From: Callorhinchus milii
Lineage: Eukaryota
Assembly (NCBI RefSeq): GCF_018977255.1
Contig: NW_024704743.1
Coordinates: forward strand, 112,656,001-112,720,000
Reading direction: 5' to 3'
DNA: 64,000 bases
Shown here: in pieces, positions 38,178-50,593 of the stretch
Layout of the letters: the number at the start of each line of letters is the position of its first letter
Position numbering within the stretch: the first letter of the stretch is position 1
Translations under genes and position numbers: made by a program
Notes under the pieces: generated by a model
The model's database searches: none
What the model was told of the DNA's origin: nothing
What the model saw: only the letters and a program-made list of their open reading frames with translations

Positions 38178-38298
38178 AAAAGCACTGCCCACTGTGAAAG
38201 TCAGCCAAATACACACATGGAAAGTCCCAGGTCCCATGTTTAATGCCCACATTATCCTGTTAGGTATTTGGCTGACTTTCACAATGGGCAGTGCTTTT
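38178..38298. repeat. 35-bp inverted repeat (MITE-like hairpin)
   Basis: Arms at 38178-38212 and 38264-38298, with one mismatch and a 51-nt spacer. Confidence 0.9.
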
Positions 38299-38751
38299 AA
38301 CCAACCTTTTGCAATGCAACACCCCTGGAGAAGATTAAAATCAGTCAAGATTCCTATACTTCCTATGATTCCTATGAACCCTCGTGGACAGACCATGCAT
38401 TTGGATGTCTGGTGTGGATGGTAATAAGTTGGCTTGTGATCCCTCACACCTCTCTTCCCCCTCACCATGATTAAAAAGCTGCTGACACTTACCATCTAGG
38501 CTCAAACATGAAAAATTCCCTGCTTGAGTGATGTGCTGACAAGTGATTGATACCTAAACGACTACACTTTGGGCTATATCAAGTGCAAGGGGTATTATTG
38601 TAATAATTATTATTATTAATATTATTATTATGATGATGATGAATCTACGTCCTCAGAAAAGGAGAGGGAAACTTGAGGGAGGGGGAAATAATTCCTTAAC
38701 TGTCTGGGGATCTCACAGTTATGTCTCTCAGCAAGTAAACCCAGTGACTTG

Positions 38752-39297
38752 TAATAATAATAATAATCGTTGCATTTGATATAGCACCTTATCACGTCTT
38801 TGAGAGATTTCACAGTATATACTGCAAAGTGAATTGGCTGTATATTTTGTGGGCAAAACGTACAGATGTGGGCAGCCAATTGCGCACAGCAATGTCCCAC
38901 AAACAACAACAAGATTCCATTTATTGAGCGCCTTTCACGTCGGGAGGACATCCCAAGGCGCTGTACAGTTGGGTCAGGACCCGAGCATTGGGGGGGGGAA
39001 ATGGTCAGGGTGAGGGGAGGGAAGGGAGGGAGCGAGGAGGGGGTAGAGAGTCGAGAGGGGAGCTGAAGGCACGGTCAAAGAGAAGAGTTGTGGATTGAGT
39101 GACCTATTTTTTTTAAGGAATTATTACCCCGGGAAAAGCAATCCCACAATCGACTAACAACCAGGTTCCTCCTTACTGCCAGGTAAACAGAGGAGTGTGG
39201 AGTAAGGAAACTTGCCCAGCATTTCGCCCGGTCGGGAATCAAACCCAGGTCTCTCGCTTGTGAGGCGAGTGCTCTAATCACTGAGCCACAGGACTCC
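38752..39297 (-). mobile_element. Full-length tRNA/CORE-like SINE (long form) interrupted by an L2 3' end
   Basis: The SINE sequence cccacaaaca|gttgtggattgag is split by an L2 segment at 38903-39084. Confidence 0.88.
38903..39084 (-). mobile_element. Young L2 3' end nested in a SINE
   Basis: The reverse complement is nearly identical to 13375-13550 and 33630-33850. Confidence 0.92.
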
Positions 39298-40204
39298 AGT
39301 TGTAGTCTCAAGCAACTGTGATTATTGTATTTTTCAACAAAATGTAATTATTATGATGCATGTCCACACAGTCCTGTGCATGCAGGGAAAAGCACAGGAA
39401 ACTGTCGCAAATATGTGGGGGGAAATGTAAATCAACAGGAAAAATTGAATCTTGTTCTGATGATGGAGAGTGTCCAACTTGTCATTAAGGCTTGTATCTG
39501 GGCAACCTGGCTGCTGCATGCCCATCAAACACACAAAGTCACATCACTTTACTGTAAATCCTGTGAAGCATTTTGCAATGTCTTCCAGACGTGAAAGACG
39601 CTGTATCAAATCTAAGCATTATTATTGTTATTATTATCATCCCTTCCCCTTCTGAACAGTTTACAGTACTTCAAGTTGTAATTTATACAAGCGGCTGTTC
39701 ATTTTCAAAATCTCCGACTTGAATTTAAATTACTTGAGTGCCATTTCATTTTATAGTTGCACTTTATTTTAATGGGATGTGAATAAGAATTTTACAGCAA
39801 TGTCATTGCAGAAGGTCTGACAGCTACAATGTCAAAGCACTGAGATCTTAACCAGAAAGCTTGAGGGTTGTATCTCATACAGTATTGAGATACCTTCTCA
39901 TGTTTCCCCTTTTTGAGTTCTTCAAAATTATGAAAGGTTTTGAGACCAAAGATAGCAAAAGGTTATTCTTGCTTCTCTGACAGTCGGGACGCAGGGCATT
40001 AAACCAGGTTTGTCACCGCAAGAGTTAAGAGGTGGTTGCAAGATTTATTTCACACAGACGATTTTTAGAATGGGATGGTTTGCCCAAAGTGCCCATTGAA
40101 GTTAAGACGATAAAAACATTTAACAGTCTGTTCATTAGTATCGAAACGGAAAACATGAAAGAAACCTGGTGTAGTGGTTGACATTCCAATTAGAAATCCT
40201 TACC

Positions 40205-40620
40205 ACTCTCACCTCTGAGTCAAAAGGTTGTGGGTTCAAATCCCACATCAGGACTTGGAATCACATCGTCCAAGGTGACACTCAAATGCAGCAGTGGGAG
40301 TGTGTTGTATTGTTGGAGGTGCTGTCCTTTGGATGAGGCGTTAAACCAAGGTCCCTCCTGCTTATTCAGATGGATGTTAAAGATTCCATGGCACTATTCA
40401 AAAAGAGAATGGCGTTTCTCCCGGTGTCCTGACCAACAATCTCCCAAATAAACTCGGTAATTTATTTCATGGCTGTTTGTGGGACATGCTGTGCACAATT
40501 ATGCTGCCGCGTTTTCCTACAAATATAGAGTCATCTCATTTCACAGTAAATCCTGTGAAGCACTGTGAGATGTTCTTCTGACATGATACTTGCTATCAAA
40601 TGCAAGGATTATTATTTATT
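40205..40620 (+). mobile_element. Deu-domain SINE (SacSINE1/AmnSINE1-like body), near full length
   Basis: Head actctcacctctgagtcaaaaggttgtgggttcaaatccc; Deu-type body ggaggtgctgtcctttggatgaggcgttaaaccaagg...aaagattccatggcactattc; L2-type tail. Confidence 0.8.
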
Positions 40621-43600
40621 CTTTGGAATGGACCTGAAGGCCTCTTTCTGTGCTGTAGCTTGGCTCTGTTGGTATCACTCGCACTTCTGGGTCAGAAGAT
40701 TTTAGTTTAAGCCCCAAGTGGATCTTTGTGTAAGATGATACTCAACTGCAGTACTGGAAGAGCGCTGCACTGTCAAAATTAGTATGCTTTGGACAAGATA
40801 TTAATCCAAAGTTCCACCTGGCTGTTGTTTGGGTGGATAACATCAGTGTTCATGCCCTTCCTATTTGAATTATTGTTTGTTGTAGTTTTTAAAAGCTGAT
40901 GATAACACAAGGGCTTGGACCTTATTCTATTTACAGAATTTCTGGTTTCAAAGGATTTTTTTGCTGTGACGCTAATAAAACAATGTCACTTCAAAAAGAA
41001 GCTTGAGTTGTAAAAGATTTTTGTTGCCAAGTGTTCTGGCAGATTTAGGAGTTGCTCTTCATTCTGGAACACATACATTCTGCCAAGACATGTTTCTCTA
41101 TTTAGTGTATCCTCCCTCCTTTGCTTGAGCTCTCCCATGGAGCTGTTCAGCTCATTTTAATTACCACCCTTCAAAAGAAGCACTGAGGAGCGTGCATTGG
41201 ATACAAGTATTAGTTTAATGACACAAGACATTTCCACAATATTATGTTTGGAAGGTGCGATTTGCAGCCCTTAATTATCCGATCCATCAGCTGAAGAGAC
41301 ATTGTTTGCGGTTATTGAGTTTTAAGGGTTTAGTATATATACTGCCCCCAGATTATTTCTCAATAGACATTCAGTAATGTTGTCACAGACATTAGTCCTT
41401 CACTGTGAGCAGCACTGCACATCAACAGTACAGTGTGTACTGGATATCAGTGTCTACTGTGATAGTAGCTGCTGACACAGGGGTCAAAGCGCTCTGAGTC
41501 CGGCGTGGAGGGCGCTATATAAATCCAAGTTGTTGTTGTTGAACTGAGTAAAATCTCCATATTGTTCACAGGAGATCCTGTGGACTCATTTCGAACTCAT
41601 CTCTAATCTCAGGGATCAGTTTTTAGTTATAAACTCCTTTTCTGTCACCGATAAATGGATCCCATTATTAGTAATAATCCTTACATTTGGTATTACTGCC
41701 TTGTAATCACTGTCAGGTATCTACATTAAGCCTGTTGTGGTCACAGACAAGGTTTGCCCAAAACAAAGATAGTCTGTCATATCTGTAATAGGCTAATTAA
41801 GGCACTTTTGTAATGAGGAGAAACTGTGGAGTCTTGCAATAGTCACAAGAGAGAAAAGAAGGTTAAGGGATGGTCTCCAAGACATTACCTTGCGTGAAGG
41901 GTGCTATATAAATGCAAGTTGTTGTTGATTCCTTTCCCCAAATGAGGAAACTCAATTACAAAACAAAATAAAGGAAGAAGACTGCTATATCCAGTAATCA
42001 GTTTTAAGAATCCTTTATTTTCTGTGCAAGTTACAAACGGCACAAAAAAAAGTAACATTATTTTGCGGGTCAGGAAAGTTTAGAAACTAGCGCCAGTGCC
42101 TGCAAGTCTGCTGCACTGAATGGATTTTGGCACCTTAACAAGACAATTAAACTTTAAAATCTCCGAGATCAATATTCTATCTGAGGAGCGTAGAAAGGTA
42201 GAGCAGGGAATGTCACAATTTTACCATAAGGCACAGCAAGTGCTGTGGAAACTGCCCTGAAGCAGTAAGATGCCCTGCGTGATGGGAGAGGATGGCCTGT
42301 CACCATGGTGAGGTGCAGCAGGAGGTGGGACCTCACAGAATTAACTTGGTCTCTGATACGCAGAGGGCCTTTGAGAGGTTCAGACCTGCAAAGATGTGCT
42401 AAGGTGCTGCCATATCACTGTTATGATGCCGCCTCTGTGCTTAGTTTAATCAATGCCATTTACACTGTACATAATGATTAGGAAGTGTTTCAGAAGCCAA
42501 ACCATGAACTGCCCAAACGCAGAGGGAATTGGATAGATAACGCAACTGGGATGACACATGCTAAGTGTCTTGCAATGTGGACAAATGCAGAGCGACAAGA
42601 TTGAGGAAGGAGAATGAATAGTGCGAATATATTTTAGAGGTAATTGTCTACAGAACACAACACAGAGGAAAAATTTAGGGAAATGGTGGCTAGCTTTCTG
42701 ACACTTTCAGCGCAAGCGCAGTGTTCCTGCAGCAGTAAAGAGAGTGAAGAAATCTTGGTGCGTGTAGCTAAAGGGATAGAACGTAAGTGTCAGGAAGTGA
42801 TACTGAACATGTATAGGGACTGGTCCAAACTGACCTACAATGCCATACACAGTTCTGGTATAATACAGTAATTGTTTGATGAGTTATCCGGAATGGTGAG
42901 TTAGGCATATTTATACATAAACAAATAAATGCGTATGGGATAATGATAGCATATTGACTTTAGTGGTAGTTTCAAGTTAAACCAGAGTCAAATTATCAGG
43001 ATTTTACTGTATTATAATCCCGGTAATTGCTTCTTTCCTCGTCATTAACTACCTTGTCTCAGGATATGTTTACAATTTACTGTGAAACATGTTGCTAATT
43101 GAGTGAAAAAGGCCCAGTGGTGCAGTGTGTGTTAATGCATCATTATCTATGACTGACTTGGCGTGTGCTCTGCCTGTGAAGATACTTTCTTTTAAGCTAG
43201 TAACTGTTAAACTGTTATTGCAGCAGTCCTTATGACTGCCACATGGCAAGCCGTGGTTTGTGTGTATATAGTCTGTAAAGGAACCCAATCTAAAAGCAAT
43301 ATTTTGTTTGTATACAGACTAAAAGGAACCATCATCTTTACATGCAGTGTAAAATCACATTGTATTAATACCCAGCCTAAAAATAACATTCTCATGCAGC
43401 ATAAAAATTCAGTAATAATAATCCTTCCATTTCATAATAATATTATTATTATTCATTTGACGTAATGTCTTTCACATCAGGAGACAGTATCAAAGTGCTT
43501 CACAGGATTTACCTTGAAATATATTGGCTGTGTGTTTTGTATGCATGTATGTGGTCTAAAAGCATGCAGTTCATTCTGGAGAGAAACAAAGGCCTCTAAC

Positions 43601-44377
43601 TATCCAGTGACTGTTATGCTCAGAGTTCAATTAACTGTCGCTCCTGGGTTTTTCTGCTTGCCTGACCTATAGTGACATACATGGCTGCATTACAGCATGC
43701 TTCTTCCTCGAGCTGCTTTGTGATTCATTATCAGCATGCCCCATAGCCAGGGGATGTGTCGTGTCACTCGGGTGGAAGAATCTGATTTGATTTTGTTCTC
43801 ACATCGCTGCACTGGGACTTAATTAACAATTTTGCGAAGGGTGAAAATGGCTGCAGGAATTAGTATGTTTAACCATATAATCTGTGTAAAATGATATGCT
43901 CATTTTCCGATTGAGCTAGCAATGGCTTTACACATGTATGTAGATCAATCATGTGCTTGATCATGTGCTTGAAATAAGGAAGAAAATTGGAAATTCAATA
44001 TTTGCTCACAAATACCTTCACTTAAAATCTGACCTTTTCATTGAAGAGGGAGATACAGTCTCTACATTTTATCAATAGATACTACAACAGAGCATACTCA
44101 AACTCGGAGTAGTAGGAACAGTCATGGACACGTCTATTNAAAAAAATTACTGTAATTTGAAACATACTTGATAAATAAAATCATTCTTCTTGCAAGAGTA
44201 CTTTCTCTATATCTCATGAAACAATGATTATTTTGTTTGTTCTGCATTTATCCGGCAGCGAGATGAATTTTGCAGGACTTAGTTCAAGGTAAGAGTTGTG
44301 CTTCAGTTATTCTTTCTATATTTGTATCTTTTTCTAAGTCAAGAATTGTTTAGAGAGATTGATCAAGGGTACACTAG

Positions 44378-45155
44378 GTGCTCAGTTGGTAGCACTCTTT
44401 CCTCTGAGTCAGAAGTTAGTGGGTTCAAGTCCCACATTGAGACTTCCTTGCTCTTTCCTACCTCTGTGACCTACTAACACCATATCAACCTGTCTGCTGT
44501 CTCTGTTCAGCAGGCCTGCTCCACATCTCCCAACCAACCTCATCCTCAGTGGTCGAGCCTTCAGCCTCTCTGCCCCCCTCCTTTGGAAGTCTATCACACA
44601 TTACCTTTCCTCACTCCCTCCCTTGCCTACTTCAAGTCACGTCTCAAGATCCTCTTCTTCGACCACTCCTTTGACCACCCTCTTACACCCTTTGCCCTCC
44701 ACCCTCCCTGAACCCAACCCCACCTCTGCTTGGGTTAAAAATCCCTGACCGTCCAGTACCTTGGGACCTCCTCCTGACGTAAAAAACGCTATAAAAATTA
44801 AATTTTGTATTGTATTGGAACTCATGCAGTCCAGGATGAAACTCAAATGCAGTGCAGGGGATATGCTGCATTATTGAAGGTGCCTACCTTTGGATGAGAT
44901 ATTAAACCTAAATCCTGTCTGCTTTGCTCAGGTGGGCATTAAGCGTCCTTTGGGGTCATTCATAACGAGAGGGATTTTTCTTGGTGTCCTAGTTAACAAT
45001 CCCCCGAATTGAATTCAATTCAAGGCTGTTTCTGGGACATTGCTGTGCATAAATTGGTAAATGCATTCACCTACAAATAGTCACTGAACATTAATGTATA
45101 TCCTGTGAAGCGCTTTGGAACTTCCTCTTGAAGTGAAGGGTGCTCTAAACCAATT
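44378..45155 (+). mobile_element. Deu-type SINE interrupted by an L2 3' fragment (44445-44818)
   Basis: Head at 44378-44444, then an L2 end with tail, then the Deu body resumes at ~44820. Confidence 0.75.
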
Positions 45156-45286
45156 ATTAATTGGCTGCCATGTTTTCGCTCACAAAATACACAGTCAACC
45201 TACTTGATAATATATTCTGTGAAGCACTTTTGAGACATCTCAATGACGTGATAAGCCACTAGATCAAATGCAGGGATCCATGTTTC

Positions 45287-46612
45287 AACAACAACTTGGA
45301 TTTATATAGCGCCCTCCACGCCGGACGGAGTCTCGGAACGCTTCACAGTAATGGATCCCGGGACCGAGCCAGGGGGAGGGGAAGGAAGGTGACCAAAGGT
45401 GTGGTCAAAAAGAAAGGTCTTCAGCAGAGACCTGAAAATAGGAAGAGAGGGAGCGAGACGAAGGGAGTGAAGAAGGCAGTTCCAGAGCCTCGGGGCATAG
45501 TGGCTGAAGGCACGGCCGCCGAGGGTGGAGCGGAGGACTCAGGGGATGAGGAGGCCAGACCCGGAGGAATGAAGGCAACGGTACTGTTTTGAGGAGAGAG
45601 GAGGTCAGAGAGGTAGGGGGGTGCAGAGGAGTGCAGGGACTTGAATACAAGGGTGGGGATCTTGAAGTCGATCCTCTCTGGGATAGGCAGCCAGTGTAGT
45701 CTGACAAGGACTGGAGTAATCGAGGAGCGAAGTTTCGTGCAGGTGAGAATGTGGGCGGCAGAGGTTTGAATGATTTGGAGTTTATGGATAGTAGTGGATG
45801 GGAGACTTACCGGCGAGGAGGGAGTTAGAATAGTCCAGCCAAGAGCTGACAAAGGCATGGACCAGGGTTTCAGCGGCTTTTGGGGAGAGGTATTGGCGGA
45901 GACGGGCGATGCGTCGGAGGTGGAAGAAAGCGGTGCTGGTGAGGGACCAGATGTGGGGGAGGAAAGATAATTGGGGGTCGAACCTTACGCCTAGGTTGTG
46001 TCCGGGTTCGGAGAGTTTTAGGGGGAGGTCGGGTAGGTGGAAGAGGTGAGAGCCGTGAAATTTTAGACGTTGACAAGAGCCAAAGAGTATGGCTTCCGTC
46101 TTGTCAACGTTCAGCTGAAGGAAGTTTGCGCTCATCCAGCCCCTGAGATCTGACAGGCAGGCTGCCAGAACATCAGGGGACAAGGGGTCGCAAAGAGAGG
46201 TGGAAAAATAGAGTTGGGTGTCGTCTGCATACATGTGGAAATGTACCCCATGTCTGCGGATGACATCCTCAAGAGGGAGCATGTAGATCAGAAAGAGGAG
46301 GGGGCCAAAGATGCATCCTTGGGGTACCCCGCAGGTGACCAGATGAGAGCGGGAGGAGAAGCCATTTGTGCAGATGTACTGCTGGCAGTTTGTGAAGTAG
46401 GAATCAAACCAGACGAGTGTGATCCCACTGAGGTGGATGATGGAGGAAAGGCGGTGGAGGAGGATGGCGTGATCGACTGTGTCGAACGCGGCGGAGAGGT
46501 CCAGGAGGACAAGGAGGCAGAGGGAGCCCTGGTCACAGATAGAGAGGATGTCGTTTGCGACTTTCACAAGCGCAGTCTCTGTACTGTGGGCAGGGCGGAA
46601 ACCAGACTGGAA
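45287..46612 (-). mobile_element. L2 LINE 3' portion
   Basis: Minus ORFs 45782-46615 ([18 protein letters not shown]) and 45421-45858; (CAA)n tail at 45287. Confidence 0.95.
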
Positions 46613-47199
46613 CACTTTAAAATGTTTTGATCTGACTAAGGCCCTACCAAATGTATATCAAATTTTAAAAAATCAAGCCTATATTAAATACAAAATAACA
46701 ATAATCCTTGCATTTGATACAGCACCTCATTGTGTCATAGAAAACATCTCACAGTCCTCCATAGGATTTTACAATGGAGTACAGTGACTGCATTTCGTAC
46801 GTGAACCTTTGACCTCTCTAAAATGACTATTTGACTTTTTTGTTCTAGCACCAATTGTGCAAAAAACAAAATAAAATTCCAGCTCCAGTTGCCCAAAAAA
46901 TGAGATTGAATAACTGGAAGTTGCCAGAATGACTGCATTATTGTCTTTAGTTGACTGAAAAAATACTAAACATTGCTACATCATTGTAGATTTTTGATTG
47001 CAGAAAATTATTTTTTTCTCGGGGCCTCTGTAAGCCATTCATATCCTGAATTGAAGGTGATATCAACATTTCTTGTTGCTTCCAACCTGTTGTACAGGAC
47101 AAAATGACCAATTGACCCTCAGTGAATTGATTTTGCAAATCCATTACATTTTAAATTGAGCTCCAGGCATCAAATGCGGGTACCAATATGTAGACATTT

Positions 47200-47322
47200 C
47201 CCTGGATGTGTGCACCCTCTCCTCCTGGAGCAACCTATTTTTGGGGAGTACTAGGTGCAGACTGGCAAGAGCCAAGACTTCGGAACCCCAAAGTGTGTGT
47301 TTAACCAGGTAAACCCGCATAC
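47200..47322 (+). repeat. Unclassified interspersed repeat, copy 3 of 3
   Basis: acctatttttggggagtactaggtgcagactggcaagagccaagacttcggaacccaaagtgtgtgtt aligns with copies 1 and 2. Confidence 0.6.
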
Positions 47323-48834
47323 CTTGCCAATGAAGGCACGGTCTTTCAATCTACTACTTGTTTGTCCTTATAGGACCATCCTACCTAGGAGCCAGCTCAG
47401 CTCCAATGAGTTCCTGTTTTACATGCCCTCCCAACCCTTTGCCCCTGAGGCAGATGGTCCAACAAAAAAAAGCTATACTACTAAAATTCTATTATTTGTA
47501 ATCCCAACTATCCCATTAGCAAGTATAAAAAGAACATTGCACGCAATTTAAAACAAATTCAGAAAATATTTCTACACACTCATGGTTATGAGAATATAGA
47601 AAGCACTGCCCCCTAGGAAGACTTTAGAAGCAGAGTCAATGAGGCTGTTCATAATGTATATAATAATCCTTGCATTTGATATAGTGCTTTTTCACATCTT
47701 CTAGTCATCTCAAAACGCTTCACTGAATATACTGTAAAGTGAATTGACTATATATTTGTGGGCGAAACATGGAAGCCAATTGCGCACAGCAGTGTCCCAC
47801 AAACAGTCATGGTTTAAAAGGAAGTAAAGGTACGAAGATGTATGGCTAAAGGCAGGGAAGTGGGATCAAAAGATCTGTTATTATCTAAATAATAATAATC
47901 CTTGCATTTGATATCGTGTTTTATCACATAATTGAGGCATCTCAAAGCGCTTCACAGAATACATTGTAAAGTGGATCGACTGCATATTTTGTGGGCAAAG
48001 CGCACCAGCCAATTGAACAGCACTGTACCACAAACAATCATGGATTGAGGGACAAAATTATTATTATCATTATTTATTATTTACTATTATTTTATTATTA
48101 TTAAATGGCCCCCTCCTGTTCCTAGGAGCATAATTTAATGACCCTTTGAAACCCATTCATAAAGAAGGGATTTGTCCTGTACACTAGGAAGCAGTTAGGA
48201 ATGATAATGTCATCTTTGATTCAGGATAAGCATGTCGCAGAAAAGCCTTGAGCACTCATTTTTTTTCATGCAAACCCTACAATCATTTTTCGACTGTAAT
48301 AACTTAAAATATTTTTTGGGGGTCAACTGAAGACGATATAGCAACTGAGGCAACTTCCGATTATTCAGTGTAATTTTTTTGGCAAGAAGGGCTGGCAACA
48401 AAAGCCTCCTGGCAGCAACACTCAGGCTCATTTGTATCTGAACTGTCATAGTCTGTATATGCAGTTTATACCCTCAGGGGCCTGTGTTCCCTTTGTCTTT
48501 AGTTCAATCTTTATTCAATTGTTCTACTGAACATGTAGATATATATATATAAACACTGTATATATTCTCTTTCCATTTTATTTTGTGTGCGGGAGATCAC
48601 ACCAGCATGACTCACCCTAAAATAAAGAAAATTAATGCATCGCACCTTCTGCGATTTCAATTAAATGGGTGGAAAAAAAAGGCACGACTGCCAGAAACGA
48701 AATGGGTTTCAATGGTCAAGAAAAACAAACCACTGGGAGCGAGAGGATAAAACTATTCTGAGCTTTAAAACTTGAATGGAGATTGTTTTACGTTCCAGTG
48801 TACCAGAACGTAATGATTTTGTGCTAGCGTTCCA

Positions 48835-49000
48835 AATTTCTCAATGTTGACAGGGTCTCAAGACCTTCCTCTTGCTTACAATCACCTACCCTCTTGGGTA
48901 GGTCCCTGGCTTGGGGGTCAAGCTCCAAAATTGTTAGGCACTCCGAGACGTTATCCCACCTGAAGGGTGCTATATAAATGCAAGCTGTTGTTGTTATTGG
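48835..49000 (+). mobile_element. L2 3' end fragment
   Basis: tctcaagaccttcctctt...gtgaagggtgctatataaatgcaagctgttgttg-type terminus. Confidence 0.75.
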
Positions 49001-50282
49001 GCCCAAGTAGTAGCCACTGAGAGGGTACCATAAATCAAGCTGTTATAACACTGGTAAAACATTTTAATGAATTGATTCAGACTTCATAGGTCAAAGGGTG
49101 TTAATCCAGCTGTGGAGTGCACATTTGATTTCAAAATGGAGAAGCATCACATTCAGAATCCCCCTCCTCCCAGGAGGCTTGTGTGTTATCGTGGAGTCAA
49201 CTTTGGAGCAGGGAGAGGGGGAGGAGGGGGAGAGGAGGTAAGAAGGGGGGGGTGCAAAGGAGGGGATAGAGGCTTGGCAGCTCTGACCTCCCAGCTCGGC
49301 AAAGCTACCTGAGACTCATTGCAGTCAAAATTGCAGTCTTCAGCAAATGACGATGATTTTGCAATGGTGGAAGGGGTAATTTTCTGTTTTTTTCATCACT
49401 CAAATCATACACTTTTCTTAACTTCAAAGGTTCTTATCTTTAAAGGTTAAACTTACATATAACCAGAGAGTGCAAAGGCCAACAGGTGTGGATGCCTGTG
49501 CTGAAAGTCTCGACTTGCCAAAGAGACAGAAATAGAATTATTCAGCGTGTGGGAGGCAAGGAAGATGCAGGTGTTGAAACAGAGGAAAGCCCCAGTGACA
49601 TGTCCTTTGGAAATATGGCATATAATGAATTTTACTTTGACAGAAGAACAAAGCTGAATGCAGTGGACGTGTGCAAAGACATAGGACAACAGGAATGCGC
49701 AAGACCGGAAAAGACCATTACGGTCCATCTGACTGGTTCCATTTTCTAAATACCATTCTGTCTACCTCATTCACAATCCATGCAATGACAACATTTGTAG
49801 TTGTGTCCGGGAAGCATAGCAATACATTGCAACACCAAAGCAGATTCATGACCCTTTCTTCTGCTTAGTACTCCACTCGTCAATAGTAGATACAGCGACT
49901 TAAATGGAGAATCCATGGTATTCCCATCACTGTAGTGTTAGAGAAGGTAGAACAGAGCATCATTAACCAACTTCTAATTGCTGGTGAGCTACATAATGAT
50001 TAAAAAGAGCTAACCAGATTAATCATTTCTTTTTTCTTTCCTGCAGATTTTCTCATTGCTATTTGGGGAATGGTTGCTCCTGTAGCCTGCACATTTGCTT
50101 TCATAACAATCACTTCTCTTACGTTCGATCCAACTGGTTGAATTATACATTAAATAATTTAAACTCAGCTCTCGTTCCTCAGAAAAAAACAGAATACATA
50201 TTTGTTTTTGTCCTGCTCTGTCCACTAAAAGCTGTTTGTAGTAATAATAATCTATGCAATTGATGTAGCACCTTTCACAGGA

Positions 50283-50593
50283 GGATGTCCTGTAGCTCAG
50301 TGGTTAGAGCACTCGCTTTGCAAGTGAGAGACTTGAGTTCATTCCAGGCAGGGCAAAACCTTGGACAAGTTTCCTTACTCCACACGCCTAATAATCATCC
50401 CTCCAAAAAAACAAAACAATAATAAATTGGTCATTTTCAATCCACGACGTTTGTGGGACATTGTTGTGCGCAATTGGCTGCCGCGTTCGTCCACAAATAT
50501 ACAGTCAATTCACTTTACAGTATATTCTGTGAAGCTAGAAGACTAGAAGACGTGAAAAGCGCTATATCAAATGCAAGGATTATTATTATTATT
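50283..50593 (+). mobile_element. tRNA/CORE-like SINE (short form) nested in a Deu-type SINE
   Basis: Full head-to-tail copy. The flanks at 50241-50290 and 50596-50985 are the two parts of a minus-strand Deu SINE. Confidence 0.88.

Noticed and set aside
42160..42410. Possible decayed Harbinger Myb/SANT-like ORF
   Set aside because: Only a vague resemblance across frameshifts, and no TIRs were identified.
16980..46612. Apparent shared 5' truncation point of two L2 copies at the QSGF motif
   Set aside because: The first copy extends ~30 nt further, so the breakpoints differ.
49453..49749. Minus-strand AG...GTAAGT segment and a plus-strand 87-aa ORF
   Set aside because: No recognisable homology.
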